Shown: piece after piece, positions 1 through 13,394 of the stretch
Layout: every line of letters starts with the position of its first letter
Position numbering within the stretch: the stretch's first letter is position 1
Assembly: GCA_951406725.2 (NCBI GenBank)
Contig: OX597815.1
Location: forward strand, 4,092,001 to 4,156,000
DNA from: Octopus vulgaris
Taxonomy: Eukaryota
DNA length: 64,000 nt
Direction: 5' to 3'
Program-made: the position numbers and the translations under genes
The notes under the pieces: model-generated
Told to the model about the DNA's origin: nothing
What the model saw: the letters and a program-made list of their open reading frames with translations, nothing else
Databases searched by the model: none

Positions 1-1100
1 TTAGTAAGATTTGTCCAACGGCAAAAAGTTCTAGAACATTCTATGAAGTGTTTAATCGGAAGATTTCAGCTCACCAATTGATTTGATTGGCTGAACCACT
101 ACCGCGTAAGTTCAATGCTCTTTATGGCAGCCATAGCCCGAAGCTAGGAAACATGGAAACATGAATGTGATGGTTCAAATCACACCGTCATCTCGCTACA
201 TATGTATTAAATTAGACCATTCATTAATCTGATGTTTATTAAGCATAGAGGTTGTGCTAGAGGACACCTCTCATTTGTAATATCTTCTTCACACAGCTTT
301 CTCTCAGCAAACGGAGCGTATAATAGAGAATTAAGAGATGCTATTTTCTTCTTTGATGCACAAGGGAATCCAAAGTGTACGGAAGCCTAACAGTGCTTCA
401 ACTAATTGTAAATGCTGACTTCAGCCGAGGACCACACACTTTTTAGCAAATGGTGTACTTCATTGAATTTGAATAATTAATATTTAATTTATCGGGAAGG
501 CGATAAGCTGGCAATTCGTCTGTCTATACGTCCCGTGTTCAAATTCCACTGCTTTTCATCCTTTCGGAGCCGATAAAATAAGAACTAGTTGAGCATTGGG
601 GTCGAAATTGCTGGCCTCGTGCCAAAATTTTAAATCGATATTTCACTTATCGACATCCGAATGGTGTAAAGAAACACGGCTGGGATTTGAACTCAAAATA
701 CAATAGATGCTTTAAATTCTACCACCTATCTTCCAACTCTATTGCTAATTTATCTGACAAGCCAAATTCTGTTAGGACCACTTCCGGTCAAGACTGACCC
801 CTTGGAGAATCCCTGTACAACGTATACTCCTGGTCAAGGTTTATTGTGAAAGACAAGCAGCTGCTCATGCCCCGGTGGTGACCAGGAGAGACAGACAGAC
901 TGAAAATGGCTACAGCTTGGCATCATTGTCGTTGCAGCAAGAAATTCCACAAGATGGCCCCACATTCGCTCTGACCCCTAATCAACCACCCTTGATTGGT
1001 CTCTTCTGTTTGTATCGAGCCTGAAAGCATTAAAGGCAAAATTGATCTCCGCAAGATTTGAACTCAGAACGCAAAGAGTCAGAACAGATATGTGTGTGTG

Positions 1101-1145
<45 letters not shown>

Positions 1146-1256
1146 GGATGGATGGATAGATAGATGGATGGATGGATAGATAGGTAGGTAGATAGATGGG
1201 TGGATAGATAGATAGGTAGATAGATATGTAGGTAGGTAGGTAGATAGATGGATAGG

Positions 1257-1322
<66 letters not shown>

Positions 1323-1345
1323 CATAGATAGATACATAGATAGAC
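1101..1345. repeat. (GATA)n/(GGAT)n compound tetranucleotide microsatellite, representative of dozens of SSR tracts in the window
   Basis: Directly visible; explains the YLSI-type ORFs. Confidence 0.95.
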
Positions 1346-1742
1346 ATACATGTATATGTATATATATACACATATATATATTCATTTATTTGTTTCAGCT
1401 ATGCATCTGAGGTCACGCTGGAGCACCATATACATACATATACGTGTGTGAGCATGTATATATCTATGGATGCATATATACACACACATATTGTATACAT
1501 GTGTGTTCGTGTGTAAATTATATATATACATATGTATGTATGCATGTATGTATGTATGTTTGTATGTATGTATGTATGTATGTATGTATGTACGTATGTA
1601 TGCATGTATGTGTGTGTATGTATATACTATATGCACACGCGTGCACGGAAGCGCACATACACACATTATCTCAACAAATACGTCAATACTTGCATGCGCG
1701 TGCGCACAAGTGTATGTTCATCTATCTGGCTCTCTGTGTGCG

Positions 1743-1823
<81 letters not shown>

Positions 1824-2359
1824 ATCATGTAATCGGTCCGACGACACGAACGTAAACTTCTGTAATAATCTAAAACGAAGTAAAGTGGATGAGAAAATCG
1901 GGAAGACGGACCAAGGCAAGCAACGGGAGGAAAAGGGGTCAATAGATTTTTGCCGCTCCATAAACAGATTACAGGGAGCGACCCCTACACGTTGGTAGCA
2001 GTCTGCAATGTTATCTTAAATAATTACTGGAAGCCCTGAATCCCTTACTTTAGGATGCCATTTACTTATAAATTACCCCTGTTTCATCTCCCTAAGGACC
2101 ATTCCAATAACTTTCAATCCATTTCATGTTCTTGCGGAATTTCGGCAGTTTTTCATTTTTATATCTCTCGGAATGTGTCCACAGAAACGTAGCAGGATCA
2201 CTGGAATTTGCACACACACGCACACACACGCACACACACACACACATTGCCACACGTCAGTTCTACAAGTTCCTATCTATCTATCTATTTACCTATCTAT
2301 CTGTCTGTCTGTCTTTCTGCCTATCAATCTATCCATCTGTCTGTTTATCTATTTATCTG

Positions 2360-2403
<44 letters not shown>

Positions 2404-2442
2404 CCTATCTACCTATCTACCTATCAATCTATCTATCTATCC

Positions 2443-2489
<47 letters not shown>

Positions 2490-2769
2490 CATCTGTCTGT
2501 CTGTCTGTCTATCTGTCTGTCTGTCATTATTCAGTTTATTTCAAGATCCCTTGTCAATAAAGAGCTGGTTTCTAACCAAGATCCAAGGCCTCTTCATTGG
2601 AATTTCAACATCAACAACAGGGTGTTTGTGTGTGTGTATGTATGTATGTATGTATGTATGTATGTATGTATGTATGTATGTATGCATATGTGTTTGTGTG
2701 TGTGCAGATTTGTATGTTTTGTTTTATGTATGCATTCTCATGCGTATAGTTACATATCTAGACATGCTC

Positions 2770-3700
2770 ATATACACATAAATGATAAACTTCTGGAAAG
2801 GTTTACAGATTTTTACAGTCTTCGAATTAACTTTCTCCTTTCTGGTTTTGAAAAGCCTAATTTCTCAAGATTAGCATTTAAGCAGTGTGTTACATACCCC
2901 AGGGTCCCAATAATTACAGGTATAAACCTGAACTTGTAATCTGGATAGAGTAACTGCAGATTTCTCAATAATTCAGCGTAGATGTTCTCTTTTTAACAGA
3001 TCTTCAGCTTTATGTTAACATCCGCTGGCAGCTGATTCTCTTCTCTATCCCAAATCACTATATCAGACCTGTTGTGCTTTACATTTTATTGAGGTCTTCA
3101 CTGGGACATTCCACCAGTATTCCTTTTTATTATGAGTGGGTTCTTATTTCTTTGTCCTCGGGGGTTATCCTTTCGACAGACCTCGTTATATAGTGTCCTA
3201 GCTACAACATCATGCCTCATTGGTAGATAATACCGTGATGACATTTTCAGACAACTGCTTTTGATGTTGGTGATATCTTGGGAGTCACATTTTACTGCTT
3301 TTCCTGCATTTTTGTCCCTTTTGTGCGTCAGGTATTTGGCTGATATTTCCTGTTCCTGGATTGCAAACGCATATCTTTCGAAGTGGGAGATAGCAATCCG
3401 GCTGTTGATCCGTGATAGACTGCTTTGGTGATCCATGTTACTCTCATCTCTGAGCTTTCTGCTAACAGACCCTTTCGGATATGCCTCCGCGATACTGTAT
3501 TCTATCAGTGATAATACATTCACTCATTGTGTTTAACTTCGAGATGGTGGCCCACGATGAAGTCAGGTCAGCTATGGCTTTGACTATGCTCACTGGAACT
3601 TTAGCATCCATGAGTCGGGAACAGAGTCAAAGGCTTTCCGGCAGTTAAGCCACATTGGAACCAGGTTCCTTCTATGCTGTCGCACCTCTGGCATCATAGT
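2770..3700 (-). mobile_element. Decayed R4/Dong-like non-LTR retrotransposon fragment (RT remnant, zinc knuckle, restriction-like endonuclease)
   Basis: Minus-strand peptides WLNCRKAFDSVPDSWMLK (RT motif), FAIQEQEI, SSCLKMSSRYYLPMRHDVVARTLY (RHD motif), WWNVPVKTSIKCKHNRSDIVIWDRE (PD-like motif), FIPVIIGTLG; frameshifted and internally deleted. Confidence 0.8.
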
Positions 3701-3780
3701 TCTGTATGTATGTATGTATGTATGTATGTATGTATGTATGTATGTATGTATGTATGTATGTATGTATGTATGTGTATATG

Positions 3781-3814
<34 letters not shown>

Positions 3815-4181
3815 TGTATGTATGTATGTATGTATGTATGTATGTATGTATGTGTAATGTACGTATGTATGTATGCATGCATATATGGTGAAGAGGTTCG
3901 CTTCCCGACCACGATGCACCACGCTGATTTTGTTTGAGGTTTATGTTAAGGATACACATATCCGTGCAGTATTCGATCACTTACACGTTAATTCAAGGGC
4001 AGGTAATTCAGTTGATCAAACAACTAAATCCTTGCCGCTTTATTTCAGTCATTGGGATGCGACCATGCTGAAGGGATCAAGACAGCGTGATTGAGGGACA
4101 GGAGGAAAATGTTGATGGTGGTCCTTTCTGCGTGCCAATAAGTCTTGTGGCTTACAAAAGAGGATACATACACACACGCAC

Positions 4182-4240
<59 letters not shown>

Positions 4241-4241
<1 letters not shown>

Positions 4242-4597
4242 GTTTCACAGTGAAAAGCAACTTCACATGTGCTTCGGAGAACCTGATATACGCACTAACA
4301 TGCTCTGGGTGTCAAGAGCAATACATAGGCCAAACAAAAAACAGTCTACGTAAAAGAATGGCTCAACACAGATCCCAGATCAAAATTCCCCTAAACAGAA
4401 AAATAGCTTTCAGCCAACACATAGACATTTGCGCCAATAACAAAAATCCAAGTTTCAGAATTTTTCCCCTCTACCAATTCAGGGACGATATAACCTGTAG
4501 CCAATGAATTAGTAAAGAGACTCTCTTTATTACAAAATACAGACCCCTTTTGAACGCGTCTACAACAAACGACATATCCACTACGGCCTTAGAATAA
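4241..4597 (+). pseudogene. GIY-YIG endonuclease remnant of a Penelope-like element
   Basis: FTCASENLIYALTCSGCQEQYIGQTKNSLRKRMAQHRS...FSQH...SQ*ISKETLFITKYRPLLN; in-frame TGA at 4505-4507 where a conserved Arg is expected (CpG decay inferred). Confidence 0.85.
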
Positions 4598-4731
4598 CAC
4601 AAACACACACGCAAATATTAAAAATGACTTTTTATTCAACCTCTGCTACTAGCTGGCGTATAGAGGTGCTTACACTTATCAAGTATTCACCTTAAATTTA
4701 TTGTACCTACCTTATATATATAACATAACAT

Positions 4732-5005
4732 GACGGTCCTGGTTTAGGACGAGTGTTGCTGTAATTTAACCTCAGGAGACATCGTCTTCAGCTGGCTATA
4801 CGACAAGATCTGTGTCCTTATATTTTCGAACATGGGAAATAACCCGGATGAAGGGAAAAACCCGGAAATCGCGATACACAGATAGTGTTTGCGCTGAGTG
4901 GGGGTGCTAGATTCCCTTGTTCGAAAATATGTCATATAGCCAGCTGGAGACGATGTCTCCCGGGGCTAAATTACAACAACATTCGTCCTAAACCAGGACT
5001 GCCAT
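4732..5005. repeat. ~75-bp inverted repeat pair downstream of the GIY-YIG, probable Penelope pseudo-LTR
   Basis: gtcctggtttaggacga...cagctggctata (4732-4805) is the reverse complement of tatagccagctg...tcgtcctaaaccaggac (4930-5005). Confidence 0.7.
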
Positions 5006-5084
5006 CTTATGTTGGCAAACAATCTTTACTCCAAAGTATTGTTGCTGAATATCTCTCATTGTGAGATTTACAAACAGTACTTTT

Positions 5085-5134
<50 letters not shown>

Positions 5135-5135
5135 C

Positions 5136-5175
<40 letters not shown>

Positions 5176-5193
5176 GCATATATATATAAAGTT

Positions 5194-5393
5194 AATCCAA
5201 ACAAGAAAGCACAAAAAACCACAACAACGCGAGGACGTGGAACAAATCTAGTATTATTGGACGCTCAGAAAGAAGGGAAGAAGGAGGGTTTAACGTTTCG
5301 AGCAGAGCTCTTCGTCGGAAACATAGGAGAAGGAAAGATCCAGAGAAGGGAAGACAGAGGGAAAAAAAATCGCCAACGGTACACACGAGGTCT
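5194..5393 (-). mobile_element. ~200-bp interspersed repeat carrying a hammerhead-like motif (copies 20924-21125, 34726-34918 reversed, partial 50014-50118)
   Basis: Near-identical aatccaaacaagaaagcac...aacgtttcgagcNgagctcttcgtcggaaac...cgccaacggtacac copies, each adjacent to (TA)n. Confidence 0.8.
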
Positions 5394-5625
5394 ATATAAA
5401 TATATATATACACGCACACATCATTTTCCCACTATTTCATACTTAGTGTATCTCTTCTCTCTCTTTCTCATCCTTTATCTAATCCCTTTAAATCATTTTC
5501 CTTCTTCCAATACCCTAACAGACCTTACAGACCCCAATAACTATTTTTCTGTTTCAATTCCGAGAGCAACGTTCAACTCATCTCCACCCATCCCCACCAT
5601 CTTCACACAGCGCCTTGCACAATGT

Positions 5626-5652
5626 TACTACTACTACTACTACTACTACTAC

Positions 5653-5702
<50 letters not shown>

Positions 5703-5855
5703 ATAGTAGTAGCAGCAACAGCAGGAGGAGGAGGAAGAGGAGGAGAAGAAGAAGAAGAAGAAGAAGAAGAAGAAGAAGAAGAAGAAGAAGAAGAAGAAGA
5801 AGAAGAAGAAGAAGAAGAAGAAGAAGAAGAAGAAGAAGAAGAAGAAGAAGAAGAC
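5626..5855. repeat. Compound trinucleotide tract (TAC)n-(TAG)n-(GGA)n-(GAA)n
   Basis: Directly visible. Confidence 0.95.
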
Positions 5856-6485
5856 TCGCCACCACTACTAATGTCGCTGATCCGCGCACTATTATCAACC
5901 ACCACAGCAACCACCACCACCACCACCGTCTGAACTACAACCCTCACCACCACCACCACCAACAACAACACCACCAACGCCGCCGCCACTGTCACACCAC
6001 AGAAAGCTGTTTCCTCCCCGGCGAAGCAAACCCGACAAATATTTCGTAAGCGGCCCCACTTAACGAAACGCCATTAACCAAAACAATAACAGCAGAAAAA
6101 AGAAGGTCGAGAGGGGGGTTAGGCGTGGGAGTAGACGGAGGGTGCGCGAGGCCCCTCGTCCCCGCTCCCCCTTCTTTTTTTGTTATTATTTTGGCTGGAG
6201 AAATGTCAATTTTCAAAATAGAGGTCACGGCCGGTAGGACGTAAGACATCGCCAGACGTGATTCTAAGAACGGACAGACATAGATCTAATTGCACGTTTT
6301 CCTATAGAAACATTACGTGCGCCCTTTACTCCTTGGTGTATTTAGTCCTCGGTTTATGCACCGCCACCGTCAACCACCGCCTCCAGCCCATGTATTTCCC
6401 ATCTCTCCAAACACATTAGGTGCCACGGTTTGTCACGTCTGTTTGCTTCATTGATTGGGGGTTTTTTTCTCGGTGTGTGTGTGTG

Positions 6486-6521
<36 letters not shown>

Positions 6522-6704
6522 GACTGTTGTCAGTCAGAAAGCAATGAAGCGCGGAAATTGTTCCCCTTTATTATTATTATTATTATTATTATTAATGATT
6601 AAACTAAGTAAAATAATAAATCGAAAATGGGTTGTTTAAGGAAATTTTGCGCTTTTAGCAAGTAATTTGTATGTATGAGGGATTAACCACCGTTATGCAT
6701 GCGA

Positions 6705-6779
<75 letters not shown>

Positions 6780-6802
6780 GACAGACAGACAGACAGACAG
6801 AC

Positions 6803-6877
<75 letters not shown>

Positions 6878-6878
<1 letters not shown>

Positions 6879-7190
6879 GCGGCTGTGTGATAAGAAGTTT
6901 GCTTCCCGACCACATGGTTCCGGGTTCAGTCCCACTGTGTGGCACCTTGGGTAAGTGTCTTCTACTATAGCCTCGGGCCGGCCAAAGCCCGGTGAGTGGA
7001 TTTGATAGATAGAAGCTGAAAGAAGCCCTCGCGCGCGCGACAACGTGTCTTTGTGTCAGTGCTTCCCCCCCCCCCCATCACCGTTTGACAACCGGTGTTG
7101 TTGTATTTATATCCCCGTGACTTAACGGTTCGGCTTAGAAGGAATAATTTCTAGGGTCGATTCGTTCGAGTGAAAATTCTTCAAGGCCTT
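6878..7190 (+). mobile_element. tRNA-derived SINE family A copy (diverged)
   Basis: ggctgtgtgataagaagtttgcttcccgaccacatggttccgggttcagtccc head (A/B-box-like) followed by ggcaccttggg..aagtgtcttctactatagcc. Confidence 0.85.
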
Positions 7191-7416
7191 AGTCTCATGA
7201 ATGAACCGAGTAAAAAAATAAAAGATAAAAATTTTACTTGTAAGGGCGCCGAAGTTCAGCTTACCCGAGGCGCCAGTAACCCTAGGGCCGGCCCTGGTCC
7301 TAGCAAAAGATAAAAATGCACTTGACAAGGGCTACACCGAAGCCAGAACCTCGTAATTGCAGTGCGAGCTCCTTAACCATTTCACCACAAATATCTTGAT
7401 AACAAACACCTTAAAC

Positions 7417-7461
<45 letters not shown>

Positions 7462-7887
7462 ACACATACACACATTATACACATTCCCAGTGGGCTCTCG
7501 GGTAACTTACCGTATATACTCAACTATAAAACGCCCTCGCCTATAAAACGCCCTCGCCTATAAAACGCACCTCCGTCTTACAAGGTTCAAATCGGGAATT
7601 TTATCATTGACCCGACTGTAGCTCGCAGCGCCTTTTTTGATGTTAGAGAGCAAAGTTCGATTAGAAACCGTACCGACATAGTTGTTGTTCGGTAACTGAG
7701 CCTTCAGTAAGCTCAAGATGGCCTACAACTACCGTTAACCCATTAAGTCCATACATTTTAGAAACCGTTGTTTCTAATGTATAATTTTATCCTTGATAAC
7801 GCTAGTTGACTTGTCTATCGTTTTGAGTCTGGATTGCCTCGATACTCTCCCTTTATGCCTTTCGGAAAGACTTCCTCTTGGACATGG

Positions 7888-8168
7888 GTGAAAATTGATT
7901 TCCAACCAAGTCTGATAATAATAATGATGAGAAAGTCATAAAAATTAAGAATTTCTGTTAAAAAATACTTCATTTCTGTATTATGTACATTCATGTCCCA
8001 ATTTGTATCACGTTAAGGCCTAAATTGACTAATTATGAAATTTGCCTAACTTTGGGGACATGAATATACATAATACAAGAATTAAGTTTTTTTAATAGAA
8101 ATTCTTGCTTTTTTTTTACTTTCTCATCATTTTTATTATAAGTCATGGTCGGAAATCAATTTTCCACC
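7888..8168. mobile_element. Fold-back MITE-like element with ~110-bp diverged inverted arms
   Basis: ggtgaaaattgatttcc...cattcatgtccc versus gggacatgaat...ggaaatcaattttccacc. Confidence 0.7.
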
Positions 8169-8606
8169 GTGTGTAATATTTTTTTTAAAACTTTTTATGG
8201 TGGGTTGGATGCAAAGGGAAATCGTTCCATGCCTTTTTATCTTTGGAACACTTTGGCAGCAACCGACACACAAAACCATGCAGTCGTACATGCTATGATT
8301 GGGATAAAAATACAATAAACTGTTTTAATCTGAAGATTTTTTTATAGGTTGCGCTTATAAGTCGCACCCCCAACCACTAGCCCCGGGCGGCACTTTTAAA
8401 GAGGCACTACTTTTGGGTCTGCTGTAGGCAATATGTGTTTTTTGCGGCAAACGGAAGGGCTACCCACGAAATGTTTTCTCCACGAGAGTTCCGGACCCCA
8501 GCAATGAGCTCATTTGCATAGAGCCAATCAGAGCTAGATAAATAATTAGATAGATTTACATCTATACCTATTATCGGATTTTGTTAGGGCCCAAGTGACA
8601 TTTTAG

Positions 8607-8915
8607 GCGCAGGCGTGGCTGTGTGGTAAGCAGCTTGCTTCCCAACAACATGGTTCCGGGTTCAGTCCCACTGCGTGGCACCTTCGGCAAGTGTCTTCTA
8701 CTATAGCCTCGGGCTGATCAAAGCCTTGTGAGTGGATTTGGTTGACGGAAACTGAAAGAAGCCCGTCGTATGTGTGCATGTGTGTGTGTGTGTCTTTGGG
8801 TCTGTGTTTGCCCCCCCACCCCCACCGCTTGACAATCGGTGTTGATTTGTTTACGTCCTCGTAACTTAACGGCTTGGCAAAAGAGACCGATAGAATAGGT
8901 ACCAGGCTTTAAAAA
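8607..8915 (+). mobile_element. SINE family A copy
   Basis: ggcgcaggcgtggctgtgtggtaag head, internal (TG)n, gagaccgatagaata tail segment. Confidence 0.9.
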
Positions 8916-9686
8916 TAAACAACCATGGTAAAGATGTGGATGGGAGAAATGTGGTTAGAGGGTGATGCGCTAGCAACCCTCTTCCCTTGCTGTTTTACAA
9001 ATTAAACAACAACAGCACAAAAAACTACGCAGAGGCAGCCATGGTTGAAACAAGAACAAGAATAACAAGCATTCTTAAAAGAGAAAAGGAACATAGTTAT
9101 TTCTTTTCCAAGCGACCTTATTTTATCGCCCATCACATGTTATGCGCTCATAAACCAATTTGAGAGTTGAGCTCTGATTGACTGTATGCAAATGAGTTTA
9201 TAACTGGGGTGCGGGACTCTCATGGGTAAAAAATTTCGCGGGTCGCTCCGGGCGGCACACACTCTAGCTACGCCAAAGTCCCCAACTTTAGGTGAAAATT
9301 TCAAGGAAATAAAGGGCGATTTATAGCCGAGTGTATACGGTAAGAACTCGGGGATGAGTCGCCGCCTTCGTCGACGTTGTTTAAACTGACGGTAAACTAT
9401 GATCGAACGATCTATGATCAAAGAAGTTCCAACTATGGCTATCGCATGTTTGTAGACGTTTGTAGGTAGGCATTTTTTTATGTGTCCCTTCCATATTTAA
9501 GACGATAGCGAGTAATTTGAGAAAAACCATTTGGCTGTTGTTTCTAACAACCAAATAGTATATACAGATATGTGTGTATGTGTGTGTGTATGTGTATGTG
9601 TGTGTGTATGTGTGTGTATGTATGTGTGTGTGTATGTGTGTATGTGTGTGGTCATGTGTGTATCTATGTGTACACATATATGTCTA

Positions 9687-10077
9687 CTAGCAGTATCGCC
9701 CAGCGTTGCTCGGGCTTGTTTTGTTTTCGACCTTTTAGAATTGGAATTTTTGAAAATTAAAAATTTTGCATTATGTAGCTTGTTATTCTCTTTGGGTGAA
9801 CATTTTTCTGGTTGAAATACACCGAAAAATGGCGACAAAAGTCAAAAAATCGTAAAAAATAGGGATTTTCATAGAAAAATAAGCACCTTTTTGATGTAAA
9901 TAATTTTTGATGTTAACATGGTCCGATTTGAATTTTATCTTCTACGGAAGGAAGAGCAACCTTCTTCTATCATACTCTCAATTTTGGTCAACTTGTGCCG
10001 CAGGGTCTCAGAGGAGATAGTGTTAGTTGAAGGCTACCAAACCTGCCATACACAGACAACTTCAGTTTTATATATAG
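9687..10077 (-). mobile_element. Non-autonomous Helitron-like element (second copy 17182-17572; 5' part also at 17960-18103 on +)
   Basis: On the minus strand: 5' ctatatataaaactgaagttgtctgtg, 3' hairpin cccgagcaacgctggg then CTAG|T; no TIR or TSD. Confidence 0.75.
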
Positions 10078-10154
10078 TCCGTGAACGCTGCCGAATACGC
10101 GTGCGCGCGCGTTTGTGTTCGACTGACGGCGCTGTTGGGTAGAAGATGTATATG

Positions 10155-10198
<44 letters not shown>

Positions 10199-10302
10199 GT
10201 TATTGTATGTGTGTGTGTTTGTTTGTATGTGTGCGTGTGTAAATGTGCTTATCAGCGTTAGTCTTTCGTTTTGTATAGTATCCGTTTTCACAAAACACAC
10301 AG

Positions 10303-10344
<42 letters not shown>

Positions 10345-10689
10345 CTCTCCATCTCTCTCTCTCTCCCACCCGTTCTTTCCTCTCCTCCACTTTTGCCTCT
10401 TTCTTCTTCAACTCACCTCTTCCTTCTCCTCCTCCCCCTGCTCTTAATTTCTTAATATCGATAAAACGTGAACACACACCGTTCGCCAGTCCCCTGATTT
10501 CGTGCTCTTTAAGCGCTATTTTCAAAGTATTTTGGGGCTCGTATTTAACTAGGTGTACGTTTCCGTGCATACGCGCGTCTATATTCGTGTGTGTGCATGG
10601 TGTGTGTGTGTGTGTATTGTACCTGTATTTAAATATGTTTGTATGTATCACTAAGGCTGTGTCTATGCATATCGCGTTCTGTATACGTG

Positions 10690-10980
<291 letters not shown>

Positions 10981-11587
10981 GGTGTAACACTAAAGATCTT
11001 TAGGAACCAGACGAATTCGATCTCTGTTTGAAAAAGGAGAACAACGCTTTTCCTTATTTTTTTTTTCAATATTTTTCTTTATTTTCGCTCGTTTTTCGTT
11101 CATTCACTTCCTTCTTTCTTTATCTCTCTCTCTCTCTCTCTCCCTATCCCTCTCTCTCTCTCTCTCTCCCTATCTCTCTCTCTCTCTCTCTTTCTCTTTC
11201 TCTCTTTAATGTTTCCAAATGAGCGAAATCTAACAAGAGAGACGAATAGATTTTAATTAAGACGAAATCGAGACTTTCATTCGAGATTAGCACCAGATGT
11301 GTCACATAATCGAAAAATGTTCCAAATTATTTCGACGAGAACCAAAACCAAAATCAACCCCCCCTCCACCTTCATCACCACCACTGTCACCGCCAACAGC
11401 ATCATCACCATCATCAACAACACCAACAACATCACCATCACCACCAGTAAACACCGTCTTCTTAATGAACCAATCGGCATAGTCTGAGGTTAAGCTGGCT
11501 TTGTGTAGACTTTCACCCCCCACGGGTCGGAAGTTATGATTTTATTTTGTAAATAAAAACTTCGCTGGAACCCCAAGTGACGTTTTA

Positions 11588-12000
11588 GGCGCAGGCGTGG
11601 CTGTGTGGTAAGCAGCTTGCTTCCCAACCACATGGTTCCGAGTTCAGTCCCACTGCGTGGCACCATGGGCAAGTGTCTTCTACTATAGCCTCGGGCTGAT
11701 CAAAGCCTTGTGAGTGGATTTGGTTGACGGAAACTGAAAGAAGCCCGTCGTATATCTGTGTGTGTATGTGTCTTTGGGTCTGTGTTTCTCCCCCACACAC
11801 ACACACACACACCGCTTGACAATCGGTGTTGATGTGTTTACGTCCTCGTAACTTAGCGGCTTGGCAAAAGAGACCGATAGAATAAGTACCAGGCTTTAAA
11901 AATAAACAACCATTGAAGTCGATTTGTTCGACAAAAAATCTTTCAAGGCGGTGCCCCAGCATGGCCGCAATCAAATGACTGAAGCATTTCAAAAATAAAA
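11588..12000 (+). mobile_element. SINE family A, near full length
   Basis: Head, CORE-like segment, and ggcggtgccccagcatggccgca..caaatgactgaa tail. Confidence 0.9.
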
Positions 12001-12679
12001 GATACTTTTAAAAAATAATAACAAGAATATTGTCTAATTTGGGGGCAAATTGTCACGGGGGTGAGACCAATGATTAGAAGGGCTGTTTGGGGTTGATGTC
12101 CCACCTTCAAAACCAATCACCAACATCTCCAGCACCAACACCGACCGAAACAGCTACAACAGCAACAACAAAGGAAATGAAAACGAAGAACAGAAAAACA
12201 AAGGTAAAATCGTCTTTTCGCTTATTCCACTTCCGCCGACACCGATACCATTGATGCCAACCGAAAACAGGTCAGCTTTCAAATCCAGCATCGACGGGTT
12301 CGCGGAAGAGGCCCGCCAAATAGAAGAACTTATTTTATCGTTAGAGGAAGTTTAAAAACAATGCGAAAACCGTTCTAACAAGAACGGGCGAAACATTGCG
12401 CTCAACATCACGGAATCTATTCGGCAACAAACCATCGTCGGCATTAGCAGCAGAAAGTAGGACACTAGAATCGGCGACACAACAGCAGATCGAAAAGTGC
12501 CTCAGACCAGTCTGGGGCACCAGAACATTTGGTCCTCATCCCATGCCGTAGGGTAGCAAAAATAAAGATAGTCGACGTGCCTCCAGATGTAAACATCTGT
12601 TTGTTAGTGGCCTTTCAGCTAGGAATCACCAGAATGGTATTCAGAATCACGAAAGAAGTCCATCGCGCCGCGTATTCGG

Positions 12680-12865
12680 AGAACATCGAGAGCCAATCGA
12701 CCTCATAATCTCAGGATGCAGCCGACTGGCACCCACAGATTAATTTGCAAAGGCCTGACAGGACAGATCAGTACACACACGAGTTACTGTACGGCACATA
12801 CAGCATCCCTCACAAAGAGAATTAATGGCAACACAAACCACCACAAGTTACCCGGGATGCTGAGG
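12680..12865 (+). mobile_element. R4/Dong-like RLE LINE fragment (zinc knuckle region)
   Basis: Broken translation IDLIISGCSRLAPTD ... YSIP..EN*WQHKPPQV matches the IISGC..LA...WY.HKP pattern of RLE-encoding LINEs. Confidence 0.55.
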
Positions 12866-13129
12866 TTTCCATCCTTTGGAATTTCAGTGTTCAAACTGAC
12901 CGAGAAATACAGGCTTATTGACCAGATAACCTGTTGAAAAGATTTATCGATAATATCGAATGGAAATAGGGGGGGTGCTGCAGTTCCGCAGTGCCTATAC
13001 TCGATCCACCACTGCCTTCAACATCGCCTGATTGGTGTGAAGGTCATGGCAGAAATCAGTGGAACTTTCTTATTAAGTTATCGGACAAATTCGTTGGATG
13101 TTTTTTGCTTCAATCTCTTTACTCAATCT

Positions 13130-13325
13130 CTTTACTCTTTTACTCTTTTACTTGTTTCAGTCATTTGACTGCGGCCATGCTGGAGCACCGCCTTTAATCG
13201 AGCAACTCGACCCCGGGACTTATTCTTTGTAAGCCCAGTACTTATTCTATCGGTCTCTTTTGACGTACCGCTAAGTGACGGGGACGTAAACACATCTGTT
13301 GTCAAGCACAAACACACAAACATAT

Positions 13326-13394
<69 letters not shown>

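Larger units (their letters stand above)
7510..9340. mobile_element. Old non-autonomous Tc1/mariner-type element with nested insertions
   Basis: TA|ccgtatatactcaactataaa ... tttatagccgagtgtatacgg|TA terminal inverted repeats; subterminal tataaaacgccctcgcc repeats. Confidence 0.65.

Noticed and set aside
12170-12640. Coding-like stretch, perhaps a LINE ORF1 remnant
   Set aside because: Interrupted by stops and no motif could be identified with confidence
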